A DNA stretch of 61,912 nucleotides, the filler included, from Sluysia triapertura (taxonomy: Eukaryota): NCBI GenBank assembly GCA_046118255.1. It is 4 parts of 4 records of this genome, joined end to end, with 100 filler letters (N's around TTAATTAATTAA, not from the genome) between each part and the next. Parts side by side here need not be neighbours in the genome. Positions count along the whole stretch, not along the records: positions 1 to 16,315 come from JBJNIA010206813.1; 3 more parts are not named here. One strand, 5' to 3'. The position numbers and the translations under genes were made by a program. Below, one piece after another: positions 1 to 13,136 of this stretch; the stretch's first letter is position 1, and every line of letters begins with the position of its first letter. Below the pieces are notes generated by a model. The model did not search any database. It had not been told where the DNA came from and saw nothing but the letters and a program-made list of their open reading frames with translations.

Positions 1-69
<69 letters not shown>
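1..69. repeat. (AAT)n microsatellite
   Basis: Perfect ATA/AAT trinucleotide run at the window start. Similar tracts occur near 19360-19435, 20064-20098, 23005-23061, 47056-47090, 54654-54688, 55022-55081 and 58430-58770. Confidence 0.98.
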
Positions 70-72
<3 letters not shown>

Positions 73-559
73 TATTTTCTAGAGGTTTAATATTTACTTG
101 AAAATAATTACTCAAAAGCACTTAAAATAAATCATTCAATATAACATTTCTGAAATAGAAAGAATTATTTTTTTAAACCGATGGTATTGAAATAATTAAG
201 AATAAATATCAGATGTTAAAAATAGGAAAAAGCAAAAAAATAAATTGATAAAATAAATGGGTAAAATTTCTATATTGTTCATTATCATTACATTTTTTTA
301 AAAATGAAAAAATTAATGTTTTAGTTTTAGAATTAATTAAAATATCAAAGTTTTCAGTCATATTGTGTCACCTATTAAAAAGTCTAACTGATTTTATTGT
401 AACATTCTCATTCAAACGTTATTTTTCTTATCTTATTTTATTTTTAAAAATTTTATCAATGTTTTAAATTATTTTGAGGTTATTTAAATGTTTTCATCTA
501 TATTATTTCTTCTACTAATTATGAAAATGCCAAATTTACTTCCGATATCAATAACAAGA

Positions 560-715
560 ATTTTATTTAACAAGTACCGCTAAAATGATCCCGAACGACT
601 AAAAGAATTTTTAAAAGTTTTCAATGACTTTAAAAGATGCTGCAAAATTATTAAAAACTCTAAGAAATTCTTTTATGGTGAAATATTTTAAAATAATTCT
701 AGATGTCTTAATTTT
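560..715 (+). mobile_element. possible decayed LINE fragment (region upstream of the RT domain)
   Basis: Translates FNKYR*NDPERLKEFLKVFNDFKRCCKIIKNSKKFFYGEIF*, resembling the K-rich 'IK..KK.YY...F' linker of CR1/L2-type ORF2. Recalled motif only. Confidence 0.25.
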
Positions 716-2170
716 CATCATTACTTTCTCAACATAAATGCCATTGTTTCTTATATTTTACGATTTAGTCATGAAATATCAAATAATTGTTTTATATAAT
801 AGTTTAGTTCAATATTTACCGAAAATTTTAAACTTTTAAAAATTTTTTTGCCGGTTTTTTTTTGAAAAAATGTGCATTAAGAGTTTAATATTGTCAATTA
901 TCGAGGAAGGCATTTACATATACATGTATGTAAGGAAAGATTAATGTAGAACACAATTCAAACTTATATCAATAACAACTAGATGATTAATTTTATAAAT
1001 ATTTATAAGAATTTTAAAAATAAAACTCTACAATTTTTAATAAAGCATGATTTATTGCCACAAAATGTAAAAAAATATTGTATTAAATATGTAAATATTT
1101 AATTTGAACATAATTAAATTATATTATTACATAGTTCACATTTATTAATTATATTTTTGTTGATATTTTTCAAATTGTTTTACTAAATGTATATTTATAA
1201 AATATTAAGTTTAAATATTTAATAAACTTAATGACCCGTTTTATTAGTGTACTGAGTGCCGTTAATATAACTTTTGAAAGGAGCTGAATTTTTCGACTTG
1301 TAGTTTTTTTTAAACATTAAGTACCAAAATATCTATATTTCTAAATAGAAGTTAATCCTCAAGTCGTCATGGTTTTTATTCTGTTTTTTACTTGAGAAAT
1401 ATGGCATTATTCAATTTCGAAGATTCATTTCTTCGTGCCAAACTCTTCAGTGATTGCAAGTTATATTTAGCAAAGTAATTGATATAAAAGTATCAAGAAA
1501 TATAAGAGACAACACTTGTGGGCCTAAGGTGGCGGAATTTTCCATATGAAATACCTCATTCAAGTGGTGCAAAAATAAAACAAAATTACACTGCACTGCG
1601 TATGATGCAAAGCATATTGATAAAAAGATTGGATCGATTGTAATGTTTCTGTATCACTCCATGTTTGCTTATTTTCCGTACTTGTGCTAATTATAACTAA
1701 AAATGTTTTTGTTTTTAATATTTTACAGTACATTTTGATTATTAAAGATATAATTAATTAAATGAACATTGCATTTTTCAATACATACACAATTTAAATA
1801 GTAAATAATTAGCTGTATAATCAAACATCTAAAAATTATTCGGTAAAACGAAAAAATTTAAACATCCACAAAAATATTGATTTAAAAATTTAAAGTGATA
1901 AATATCGATAAACGTTGAATTTATTTATTAATATTATCTCTTTCGCCATTTTTGCAACACTTATGTAATACTATTATAATGCAAACTGTTTAAATTATTG
2001 ACAAAATATTCATAAAAATTTTAATATAATTACCTTGGGCTACACAAAATTTTAGCATTTTATTGTTAAATTTCTTTTTATCTTCAATAATTATATTTTT
2101 AGGAAATCTTTTCAAGTTTTACATAATTATTTTTCGCCAAAAGAAAATCCGCTTCTAAAAATAGAATAGA

Positions 2171-2420
2171 CACTTCTCGAATGTGCTATAAAATTCCATC
2201 GATTCTTATTGGCTGATGACTGGTATATAAACTAAGATCAGCTTTTTGAAAATCGCTATTTTGATTTTTACAATATTTTTGTTATTGGTTTATATTAGCC
2301 ATATTTGGAAACGTCTTGAAATTTTTAGTCCATTCAATCGCAGTTATTAGTTTGTATCATCTGCAGATTGTCGATCAAGATCGTTCTAGGATTCCGGTTT
2401 TCTATTCGGACAATCTATGT
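2171..2420 (+). promoter_or_regulatory. dispersed repeat with HSE-ATCGAT-CCAAT-TATA-CGC(C/T)AT promoter cassette, copy 1
   Basis: TTCtcGAAtgTGCtaTAAaaTTC-cATCGAT-tcttATTGG-ctgatgactgg-TATATAAA-22 nt-ATCGCTATTTT. Colinear with reverse-strand copies at 34111-34210 and 36430-36625. Confidence 0.7.
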
Positions 2421-3615
2421 TTTGGTAAAGATATACTATTAAGGTAAATTTCAAATTTAGAAACTGAAATTATAAAATATAGTAAAAATCTTATGTTTTT
2501 TCACTTATTAGTCCCCAATATGTTGAGAGCTAAACTCTACTTAACATATTGCAGTTATAAAATTAAATTTCAATTTTAAATTATTGTTTTTAATTTAAAT
2601 TTTACTTTTAATTATTCGTTATTTTTGTGTAATATAGCTATAATCTTGTTTTAATTTAATTGAATAAAAGTTTAACTGAAAATTTTCGATTAAATTAATA
2701 AATTAATACAATAATAAATTAAGTATGTAGTTAATTTAATAATGGAACATTTCATAAGACCCTAATTAAGGAGCATTGCTATTCAGATATAGTATTAGTT
2801 TATACAGTAATTAACCCTCTTCATGACTAAGAAATATTTCGCCGTAGGTTAAGTGTTATATAAAAACCCATAATTTGCATTTTCACTATTCTATCTGTTA
2901 ACCTATGTAATTTATGGTTAAGAATTTCTGTTGATCTTTATTTATAACGTTTCGTATGTATTTTTAAATTCACTATTTTAGACTTATTTATAAATAACAT
3001 CATTGAATAACTTCATCACATTTTTTTGGCAATTTACATATTATATATTACAACAGTAAAATTAATTTTCATAAAATATTATCTTTATTCAAAAATATAA
3101 TGCCTAAGTATAATATTAAGTTCTATTTATTAATACATTCAGTCAATTAGTAATTGCAAGGTCATAATAGGAAATAATCTAAAAATTTAATACTAATGAA
3201 TAAACTTAATAAAACTCGATTTAATTGAAATTATCATAATAGTATCAAATTTCATTCACTATCAAGATTGAAAAAATTAAAATCAACTTCTAAAATGTAT
3301 TATAATAATTTGCCAAAGAATGTTTTTCACATTTATTTCTTGAGTCAACATTTTCTTTTTTTATTTCAACATCATTATTTAAATATTACTCTTAATTTTG
3401 TTCTGTTAATCAGTGTATGCATAAAAAACGTCAATATCAACAGTAATATGATGAGTATCCATTTTAACTGATCAATTCAATATTCATAATTATTTAAATA
3501 AGAGAATCACAAATGACAAAAACTTAAATTTAATTATACAAAAATAAATGCAGTACAATGACTTTTAGATTAAATGTATCAAGTTTTTTATTCGATTATC
3601 GATTTACAATGTTAA

Positions 3616-3714
3616 CCACATGACAGTTTTGTCCGAACTGTACCCTGGAATGACATTTTCCCGTACACTGACGACCCCGATTCTCGTTCGGACAAGTTTC
3701 GTTTTAACTTGTGG
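3616..3714. repeat. short inverted-repeat (hairpin or MITE-like) element
   Basis: TTGTCCGAAC (3629-3638) pairs with GTTCGGACAA (3686-3695), with an outer CCACA/TGTGG pair. Locally GC-rich against an AT background. Confidence 0.5.
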
Positions 3715-6700
3715 ATAGTGATGTGCTACTTATTGACTAAATTTATTTGTAATTAATTAATTAATTGTATTAATAAATGTAGTCAAATGAAAATAAAAAA
3801 GTGACAATTTTTTAACCCTTTTCTCAAGAATTAAATAAAATATGACTGCTCAAACACAAACTGTGCTATCCAGAAAACGATCAATTACTTTTCTACTATA
3901 TTCGCTAATTACAAATAAAAGAAATAAAATAAATATTTTAATATTAAACTTTAATATAAGGGTTCGAGATTCAATTTAAGTATATAAAATTTCAAGAACA
4001 ATCTCTAAATATTTATTTATTTATTTATTTATTATTTATTAAAATAAAATGCTAAAATTATTATCACTCTAATTATAAAAATATAACAATTATTATCAAA
4101 CTATACGGAAGAAAAAAAATCAAATTCTGTTTAAACAAACAACAGCTGCTATTCCATAAAGAAATTAGATATTTAAACAATAAAAGAAATTGAGAAATCA
4201 AAGAAATTGTTCCGATTTTATTTATTTATTAAAATATATACTTTTAATCTTATATATGGCATATCTGCTTTATTTTTGTAAGTTTTATTTTGAATTAATT
4301 TGCCATTAAATTTTAAAAAGATCGTCTTTTGTACAAAACAATTTTTATACATTATAAATAGCTTTAATTTCCGCAAATTTGAAAACCCCTCATAAAACAT
4401 ATGACTACAGAATCCCAAATCTTCTCTTATACTTGTTATTCTAGCAGTATTTATCTCTTTCTTAATGTTCATTAATTAAAATTCTATGAAAAAATATTAT
4501 TACGAAATTTTATTTTAATCTGTACCAAATTAAAACTTAGATATTTACAGAATTTTTGCCATATATCTTGTAGTAAAAAAGCAGCTTTGATTTAATACAT
4601 AAAACTAAATTGTATGTATTATGATATAGAACTATAATTAACGCCTTCAAATACACAGAATGATTATAAAAACTTTCTAAATACCCATATTATATGATGG
4701 TTTAAATATTTATTTACTTTTATTTTCGATAGTACAAAAGTCAAGAATTCAGCTTTTGAATCCATTCAGGTGAAGTGCTTTTGGTTTTCTTAAAGAAACA
4801 ATAGAATGACCACAGTAGAATATGTGGATAATTTTTGTCTATTCCATTCATTTAGTTTTGCCTTTCATAAAGTAAAGCCAAAATAAAATAACTTTTGAAT
4901 TAAAAAAATTAAGAAAACTTAGATTAATCTTAAAAAACATTAATAATGACGTGCTGTGGTTTTCCTTATTACTAATCTACGGAAAAATAAATTTTAGCAG
5001 AGTTCGGTTACAGCATAGACATAAAACATGTAGTAGAATTATCTGTAACTAAAAGTGACAACATGTAATGTGTAATTTAACTTTGTAACTTCAAAACATA
5101 TGCAGATTAATTCGTTAATTTATTGAATTTGGCTTTTTATTAAATGAAAATCATGTATCAATTCAAATTTCATGTCTTTAACGTTGATGGCTTTGAATAA
5201 TTTACAACAATATTGGTTTTATAACTTTTATTAATTTTATAATACGACAAACATTTTTTATTACGGTATGCATAAACAACAATAGTGTTAAATAGATTAA
5301 ACGAAATATAAAAATTAAAAATGAATGTCATAATTAAAGCCTCTTAGGCATTTAATTCAGTAAAATAGATTTGAAAATAATATTTTTCCCATCTTTAAAT
5401 TGGGAAATATTTAGGGTTAAAAATGCTACTAAAGAGTAATTTAAGTGTATTTTACTTTTTGAAGTAAAATATCCTTATAAAATTTAATACTTCCTGTCAA
5501 TGTGTGCCCCGAAAACACATTTTAGAGGATTTTAATAAAGTAATTTTTAACTTTTAGAAAACTGTAAGAGTAAAATAATTCTAAATTATAAAATAGAACA
5601 ATAATTACAAAAAATTATGAAAACAATAAGATTTTATTTATAGAAGTTTTACGTCCGTATGATAATAAAACACAGAATCTTTATATTTTCATGACTCATA
5701 ATATTAGTATTGAAATTTTTCGAGTGCGTATAAATGAATATAAATTAGAAGAAAAATATTCACCTTGGTGCACCCAAAGAAATGGTAAATTAAAAGATTC
5801 GCTTGGATAAAAAGAAATTTTTAATTTTTAACTTGTGATTGTGTTATGAGACTCTTAATTACTACATTATTAGTAGTACCACCAATTTATTAATGGTTTA
5901 GTTTGTCGAAATTACATCTTACCTCAGCATTCGCAATATATCAATCTCTAGCATCTGAATCTGTAATTTTTATTTTTAAATTAATGATTTTGTAAAGTTT
6001 TCTTCATAAACGAAGAAACAAAATCCAATTATTTTGCTCTAGTAATAAAATCACCATTAAATTAAAATTCAAGCAACATGGTCCAAGTCTTATTGTTATA
6101 AATATTTTATTCAAGAGTTATTTGTGGACTATGTTGCATTGATTACCTATATTATGTTTTTTTGTTTTAGTATGATGATTTTGAGTCTATATTAAAGCAA
6201 AATATTATTGCCGAAACTTAACATACTTATTCATGGCTTAAAAATAGTATAATTCTCGATTTTTGTTTAATAATTGACAAATTGTGTTTTCCAAATAGAT
6301 TAATCACAAATCCCATAAGAATTGACAATTCTAACTGAATACCACAGAGTAGTTTAATATTGACGATTTAGAATAAATATTATCGATGTAGAAATAATAT
6401 AAACGAATTAATAAATAATATCGAAATAAGTCCACTAATAATATAAATAAATGCTACTTTTAAGTCAATCAAATAATTTAAAGTTCATTAGTAATATAAA
6501 TAAATGATACTTTCCATTAATAATGTAAATAAATCAAATAATTTAACTTCCTTTTTTAATATTTCAACCTTTAAACTTAATTAAAATTAATTGATAATTT
6601 TCATAATCATTTATTTTTCGGATACAATTTTTTAACATTTAATTAACAATTTTTATACAAATTTTTATTAAATCAATTTTTTTTACAATTTTCATTTAAT

Positions 6701-7313
6701 ATTGCGTTATTTACAAAAATTTCTTTTAGATTTAAATTATTCACATAGGGAAATAGTGAATAAATATTTTATCATTCTTGATTCAAGTTTTCGTTAAGCA
6801 AAAACATCAATGTTATTTCCAATAATTTCCACAATTTTATCTCAAACAGACTTAATATTATGAATGCCAAATTTAATATAATCATTTGATACAATTTTAG
6901 TATTTGATTTAGAATTTGAATTTCTTTTTGAAATGTTTATGCATTTTGGATATTTATAAGAATTAGTTGTGTGATTGACTTTTGACTCAATTTATAAACC
7001 TCTAGAACTATAGATTTTGTTTTTTCCGATGCTTTTCACTAAATTGTACATTACAGGCAGATTACGTCACTTAATTCATATTTGAAATTTTGTGCATCGC
7101 AATTTTAAACATTTTTATAAAATCTATACTAACTAGGCTTTTTTAATTATTTACCAATTTTAATTTGTTTTAATTTTGCATATGTTTAATTAAATTTTTT
7201 ATATAGTTCCAATCAATTACAAATGAAAGTTAAAGTCATTTTATTTATTGTTTATATATGAACTATTTTAATTATATATTGTGAATCAAGTTTGTATTTT
7301 TTTTTTCATATTT

Positions 7314-9113
7314 ATGGCAAGTGAAGTATTTTCTAATCCAGTTGCTCCTGTTGATAAAGACGATAAAGAATTTATAAGTCCAAAGAAACTGTCAAATGCG
7401 GATTTTAGGTCCATATTGAATACTCCTAGAATTGGAAAAGATGAAGTTAGTTTAAGTTCATCAGCTCCATCATCAAAAAAAATTGAGAATGAAAAAAAGA
7501 AAGTTAAAAAACATAAGATACATCGAAAGCCTGATGTTAAAACAGATAAAGTACCATTAACTCCAAGAACTTATAGAGATAGGGCGAAGGAAAGAAGAGA
7601 AGGTAAAATACCAAATGCTGCAGATCGTTCTCCTGATCAAAATGTTTCTGGACAATATAAAGCAGTTTCAGGTAATATAAAAGATAACATAGCTCAAGCA
7701 GAAAGTCGTAAACAACAAATCGAAAAGTCCAAGTTTTTAGGTGGAGACCCGAATACAACTCATTTAGTCAAAGGTTTGGATTATGTTTTACTAGAAAAAA
7801 CGCGCAATCAAGCACTTATACAAGCTGAAAAAGTTAAGTCATTAGATTCAAAAAGAGGAACAGAAGAAAATAAATTTGGTAATGAAGACCAATTTAAAAG
7901 TATTATGTGTAAGAAGATTATTCAATTATTAAGTGACAAACAACCTATTGTAAGAAATCAAAATTTCATGCCTGGAAAGATGGCTTATCGCATTGATTTG
8001 GAAGATGATTATGCTGAATTTGATGTTCCTACAACAATTCACCGAAGTATCATTGAAGTAGGAAAAATTGACGAATATAATAAAATTTTGTCGAGTAACC
8101 AAAATGTCATAAATAGTTTAACAAATATATTGTCCTATCTGAGAGGAGAAAAAAAGCAAGCTAAGAAAGCAAAGCAGAAGGAAAAGGTTGAAGATATATC
8201 TAAAGAACATAATGATAAAGGTAAGATTTATTTTAATTTTAAATTTTCTAGAATTTGATATGTTTGGAGATATGCCGGAATCATCAAATAAAAACTCCAG
8301 AGAAGAACGAAAGAAGAATACTGACCGACATACTATAAATCATACTAATGAGAAGAAGCATTCTGATAGAGACAAAAAGAGTAAATATTTTGATCAATAC
8401 GAAGAAACAGTGCCTCATGATAGATTAGAGAAGACAAAGCTTTACATACAAAATCAAGAAAAGCGAAATATACCTAATCGAGAATTATATGAAAAGGTTT
8501 GGTTTTAATAAAATCTAAATTTTATTAAGTAATGCTTAAATTATAATATAACAGAAAAAATCACATAAATTAAACATTTTTTTAATTTGAAATAAGACAC
8601 CGCTTATTTTTCGGATCTGAAGAGTATATTTTCATGTTCCTTGGATCCTTGTGAAACATTTTAAAAATTAATTTAATGTGAATTTCATTTTAATAGTTTT
8701 AAATTTAATACGCATTTATTTTATTTTAGCAATTAATCAAATATCTTAAAGAAAAAGGTGCGACCACTGGATATGACGAATGTTATCCGGAGTTAATGGA
8801 ATCATTTGATGCAATGGGTGATAGTGATAATGAAGCTGACTACACCAAAATGGATATGGGTAATAAAAAAGGTCCAGTTGGACGTTGGGATTTCGATAAT
8901 CCTGAAGATTACAGTAAATACATGTCAAATAAAGAGGCTTTGCCCAAAGCAGTATTTCAGTATGGAGTTAAGATGGCTGATGGACGTAAAACTCGTCGTA
9001 TACATGGTAATAAAGACGATAAGGCAGTTTTTGAGAAAGAATGGAAACAGATACAAGAGATTTGGAATCATAAATATAATGGAGAACCTCCAGAAAAGAA
9101 ATCAAAGAATTAA
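7314..9113 (+). CDS. IK: Protein RED (IK), spliceosomal B-complex factor. Exons 7314-8220, 8252-8496, 8730-9113; 511 aa
   Basis: RED_N motifs LSNADFR, YRDRAKERREG and SKFLGGDPNTTHLVKGLDY; RED_C motif YDECYP...DYTKMDMGNKKGPVGRWDF...KEALPKAVFQYGVKM. Two GT-AG introns (31 and 233 nt) join the ORFs in frame (1536 nt total). Confidence 0.93.
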
Positions 9114-9709
9114 ATTTCTTTTATATATAGGAAAAAGTGAGAGAAAGAGTAATCTAATTATTATATTTAACTTGTTTAATTTATTATTGTGTGATTTCAA
9201 ATTTTGTAAATACACCTTCGAAATAAAACTCGAATTGTTTTAAATTTAAGTGTTGTGCCCGATAATTAAATTTAGTTAAATGTGCTACGATAACAAACAT
9301 AATGACTATATTTCTTTATGAATTTACTTATTTTTCGCCTTTATGTTAATTTAAAATTGAAAAGTTTAGTATTTATGGAACTTGAATATATTGAATGTGA
9401 AACAGTGAATTTCATAGTAATAGTTTAATGTTAAATCGCAGTTATTTTAACAATTAATAAAGTATTTTAAAAAACTTGCCTTTTTTGTGAGACTACATTT
9501 AGTACATTTTAATTCTTGCAACTTACACAGTCGAATACTTTTTAATTACTTAATCCATTTTGTTCAAGCAAGCAAACTTTATGAAAGTTTTATGCAAACA
9601 ATACGTATTTTAGTAAATAAATATACGTGTAGTGTTAATTTTGGTATGATACCACTTGATTAGATTATAGTGCTGATATTGGTTTAGTAATTTATGTATT
9701 TGAGTTTTG

Positions 9710-11297
9710 TTAAAGTTTGACAAAAGATTCGATGGCCGTATTGGACTTAAAGAATAAAATTTTAATGTGAAACAATCGGGCCTCGATAACATTTATCGAA
9801 TCATCCAGTAAGCATTTACCATTTGGTAAAATATAATAGTAAGGAGTCCTAACTGCATTGATATCGATAGAATTGTTATTCATGTAATGTTTACATAATA
9901 TCTTATAATGAATACTTATTATTGTTAAGTTATGTATATTTACTTTAATTTCAGCTTTATAATCATATACTACGTTAAATAAATTAGAAAAAATTGCAAA
10001 AATGAAAAATTTTATTTTATGATTTGTATGAAATTTAAGAGGTTCAAATCTTAAACTTCTAATTGCCGTTTCGTTCAAATTAATTGAATCGGTTGCTACG
10101 CCTTTCCACATGTAATGGGCCTCGCTGCTGGGTAGATAATCTGAAATAAACAACATGAATGAATTAAGATTTTAAATTTTACCAGAAGTACATTTTCGCC
10201 ACGGAAATCCGTATTTCTACTTTCAGCCGTAATTATATCTGTGTTTATATCTTGATCGATTATTATTCTATACAGATTTCACCTAAATTTTAATCTAAAT
10301 TGGCCGTAAACTTTTGTCGTTTAGAAAACTTTAACATCTCTTCGACTGAATGGATGGTGCTTTTGTTAACTGATGGTAACATTCCGTTTAAAATAATAAT
10401 GTCTTTAAGGGTCGTGTACGAAACACTCCTTGTAAAGCTATTTGTCGTTTTAAATATTTTCACATGTAATTGTTTGTCGTCAAAAACATCATTAAACTTT
10501 ATAAGTCTGAATGTTGGAATCAGGTAACTCATTATACCCTGACTAAAAGGAATTTGAAAAATATTGTCATGAAAATGTTTTACAAATTTTTCTAAATCAC
10601 TATCTGTGATCACATAAAAGAATTTACAAACGAGCGTAGGTTGGTGAGTTACTACATCCTATCGTATCAAAATTAATGAACAGCGATCTGTTTTGGGTAT
10701 TAAATTGACATTTTGAAACATTTTTAAACCAAGTGTTACTAAACACGAATCGTAATATAAGTCTTTATATACACTATGAAATCTACTAATGCGTATTATT
10801 AGTATTGAAAAATTAATTGCATCAAAAGCTTGTGGTATTAAAATCGTAACTAGCATATTGATTTTTTTTTACTATTTGGTTCATAGACTGATGCATTTGG
10901 TCCAAATTGAGAAGATAGCCTTTCTAAACATAATCGTTCAATGAAACTAGTCGTATAAATATTAATATTTGAGCTTCGACTACAAATATAATTCTTATTG
11001 TAGCTGATTTTGCAATTGCTTAACGAGGTTGACATATTTACATTCATAAAAATATAAACATCTTCCATATCATTTTCAATTTTTTCGTGTACAAAAATCT
11101 GATCATAATTATTAGATTTAATGTCTGTAACTATGGCTTTTACATATCCTTTGATTGAGTCTGGAGCCCACACAATATCATTGATAGGAAGTCATCAGTT
11201 AATTCCAGCACAATTTTCGAAAAGTTGCATAAAAAGTAATACTTAAAAAAGAATTTTTGAGAAAAATTTTTATTTTTCGAGATTTATTTTTCCTCAT
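9710..11297 (-). pseudogene. unprocessed pseudogene of an unknown ~500-codon protein
   Basis: Four consecutive minus-strand ORFs join through a T9 homopolymer frameshift (10862-10870), in-frame stops (11192-11197, 10659-10661, 10279-10281, 10217-10219) and two frame-consistent GT-AG introns (10283-10311, 29 nt; 10141-10182, 42 nt). Confidence 0.6.
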
Positions 11298-11779
11298 TGG
11301 TCATCCAATAAGGGATTGTGATATATTATTAATGAGATTTCACCTGATTGGATGACAGGCTGAATGTAGAAATAAAATATTAATCACTGATGATTATACA
11401 TTGTGTCAACACTGGTAATGGTAGCGACCAAATTTTGATGTTTATAAACGTTAAATTAATATTAATTTAAAAATTTGATAATAATAATAATAATAACAAT
11501 AATAATATTGTTATTATTATTATTATTAATGAAACGCATAAATCTTTCTTTAAAAGAACATGCTCTTTTCTTTTAATCTTTATACTATGCTCGAGTTATC
11601 ATTGCTGCTTCATTTTATGAAATCGAGTTCTTTAAAGCTGTATCAGATTTACTTTAAACTTTTGAAAAGTATTATTATGTTTAAGTAGGTTAAAATGTAT
11701 TTGAAACTAAATTACTGAGTAAGAATTATTTTAAAAGAATTGACAAATATTTTGACCTTAGAAGGTGTAATAATTGATG

Positions 11780-12200
11780 AGTCTTGAAGTGAATTAGAGT
11801 GTTAGAATAAGTTCTTGGATGTTAATTAAAATTTATGTTTGAAAGCAAGTTTTATGTATTGGAATATAATGGATAAAGGTTTATCGAGAAGATTGTGATT
11901 TGCTGAATTTGAAAGGAATAATTGCAATACAACTCTTTGCATATTTTTAAGGTGTTGTTGTACAATGTTGATGATGATTATGTGTAAATGAATAGTGAGT
12001 TTGGGCTGTTGTAATTGATTCAAGGTGTGCAATAGATATGTTATGCGTTTCAAATAGGTATATTAGTATTGTGGAATAGTATTAATTGTAATTATGATTT
12101 ATATATTGTAAGTTTCTGATTGTGATTTAAATGTTGTAAGTTATGATTGTGGCTTGATTTAAACCGATAACTAATGAGTAAATATTATTAAATATTAGAT
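11780..12200 (-). mobile_element. decayed non-LTR retrotransposon (CR1/L2/Jockey-like) reverse transcriptase fragment
   Basis: Strong G/T versus C/A strand skew. Translated pieces ITYLLHTLNQL, NMQRVVL and NSANHNLLDKP resemble the RT motifs 'T.LL..LN', 'R.QRV' and 'AFDSV.H.LLL.KL'. Confidence 0.5.
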
Positions 12201-13064
12201 ATTAATTGATACAGAGTAGTGTGAAATGAAGGTTCGAGAGTATTAGATGGAATGTTTGAGATGTGTCTATTGTTGAATTATTGTAAATGTCGAGTAGTAT
12301 TTATAATGAATTAGTTGATGTAATTTGATAGTGGTTGATTTGGATGTTATGAAATTGTGAAAATAATAAAATTTTAGTGGCATGAAAGTTGGCCACCACA
12401 ATGGTAATAGAATCAGAGGTTAAAAGTTATGAAGAGCTCTTAACTATCTTTAAAAGTCAGATATCATTTCTCACTGCTTAGTAAGTATATATTGAATACT
12501 CGTACAATGTTTGCAAATCTTATTGATTAAGAACGAGTCTATGACCTCATTTAAAATAGGACTTCGAAAAATAATGACTCTTGAAAATAATGACGAATTT
12601 TATATTAGATTGAAAATATGTAATTTAATTTACTTTCCCTTAGGTTATGGATTTAAAAGTTCTTCAAAGACGCCAAAGTTTTTACAAATGAAATTTAATT
12701 AGTAATATAAATCAAAATCAACTCATATTTTATGGACTTATTTAAAAGTCTTTGGAAATTGAAGCTATTAATTTTAGATTTTTGGTAGTAATTAATGAAA
12801 ATAATTTTAAAATATAAATTGTATAATAATTAATATTTAAAAATACTTAAATAATTTGCAATGGTGGAATAAAATGTATATTAACAAGACTTGGTACATA
12901 AAATATGTTGCTAAATTAAAGTTCTAATACTTTAATTGAGTTGTATTTCTATCATTATTTTAAAAACTTATTTAAAATAGCTCAAATAATTTTCAAAATG
13001 AGTATAAGTCGGACATAAGACACTATTTAAAATGTCTAATAAAATCAAAGCTGACACAATTTAA

Positions 13065-13136
13065 TGTAACAGAAAGCTTTTGCGGATCTCGGAGCTAATG
13101 AGCATGAATTGTAGTAGAATAATTCCTGATGTTACA
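13065..13136. mobile_element. 72-bp miniature LTR-like insertion with 5-bp target-site duplication
   Basis: Begins TGTAACA and ends TGTTACA (7-bp inverted termini, TG...CA). Flanked on both sides by TTTAA (13060-13064 and 13137-13141). Confidence 0.5.

Noticed and set aside
3268-4472. short F/I/L/K/N-rich ORFs here and at 12511, 14091, 22392, 34390, 37113, 40080, 46432, 48247, 48911 and 52990
   Set aside because: Composition is what AT-rich noncoding DNA yields by chance, with no motifs or splice support.
8806-9243. alternative-frame and antisense ORFs over RED, UBA1 and ETS (e.g. 7537-7758, 8746-8928, 31859-32053, 57951-58154, 59082-59342)
   Set aside because: Shadow ORFs of real exons with no recognisable motifs.
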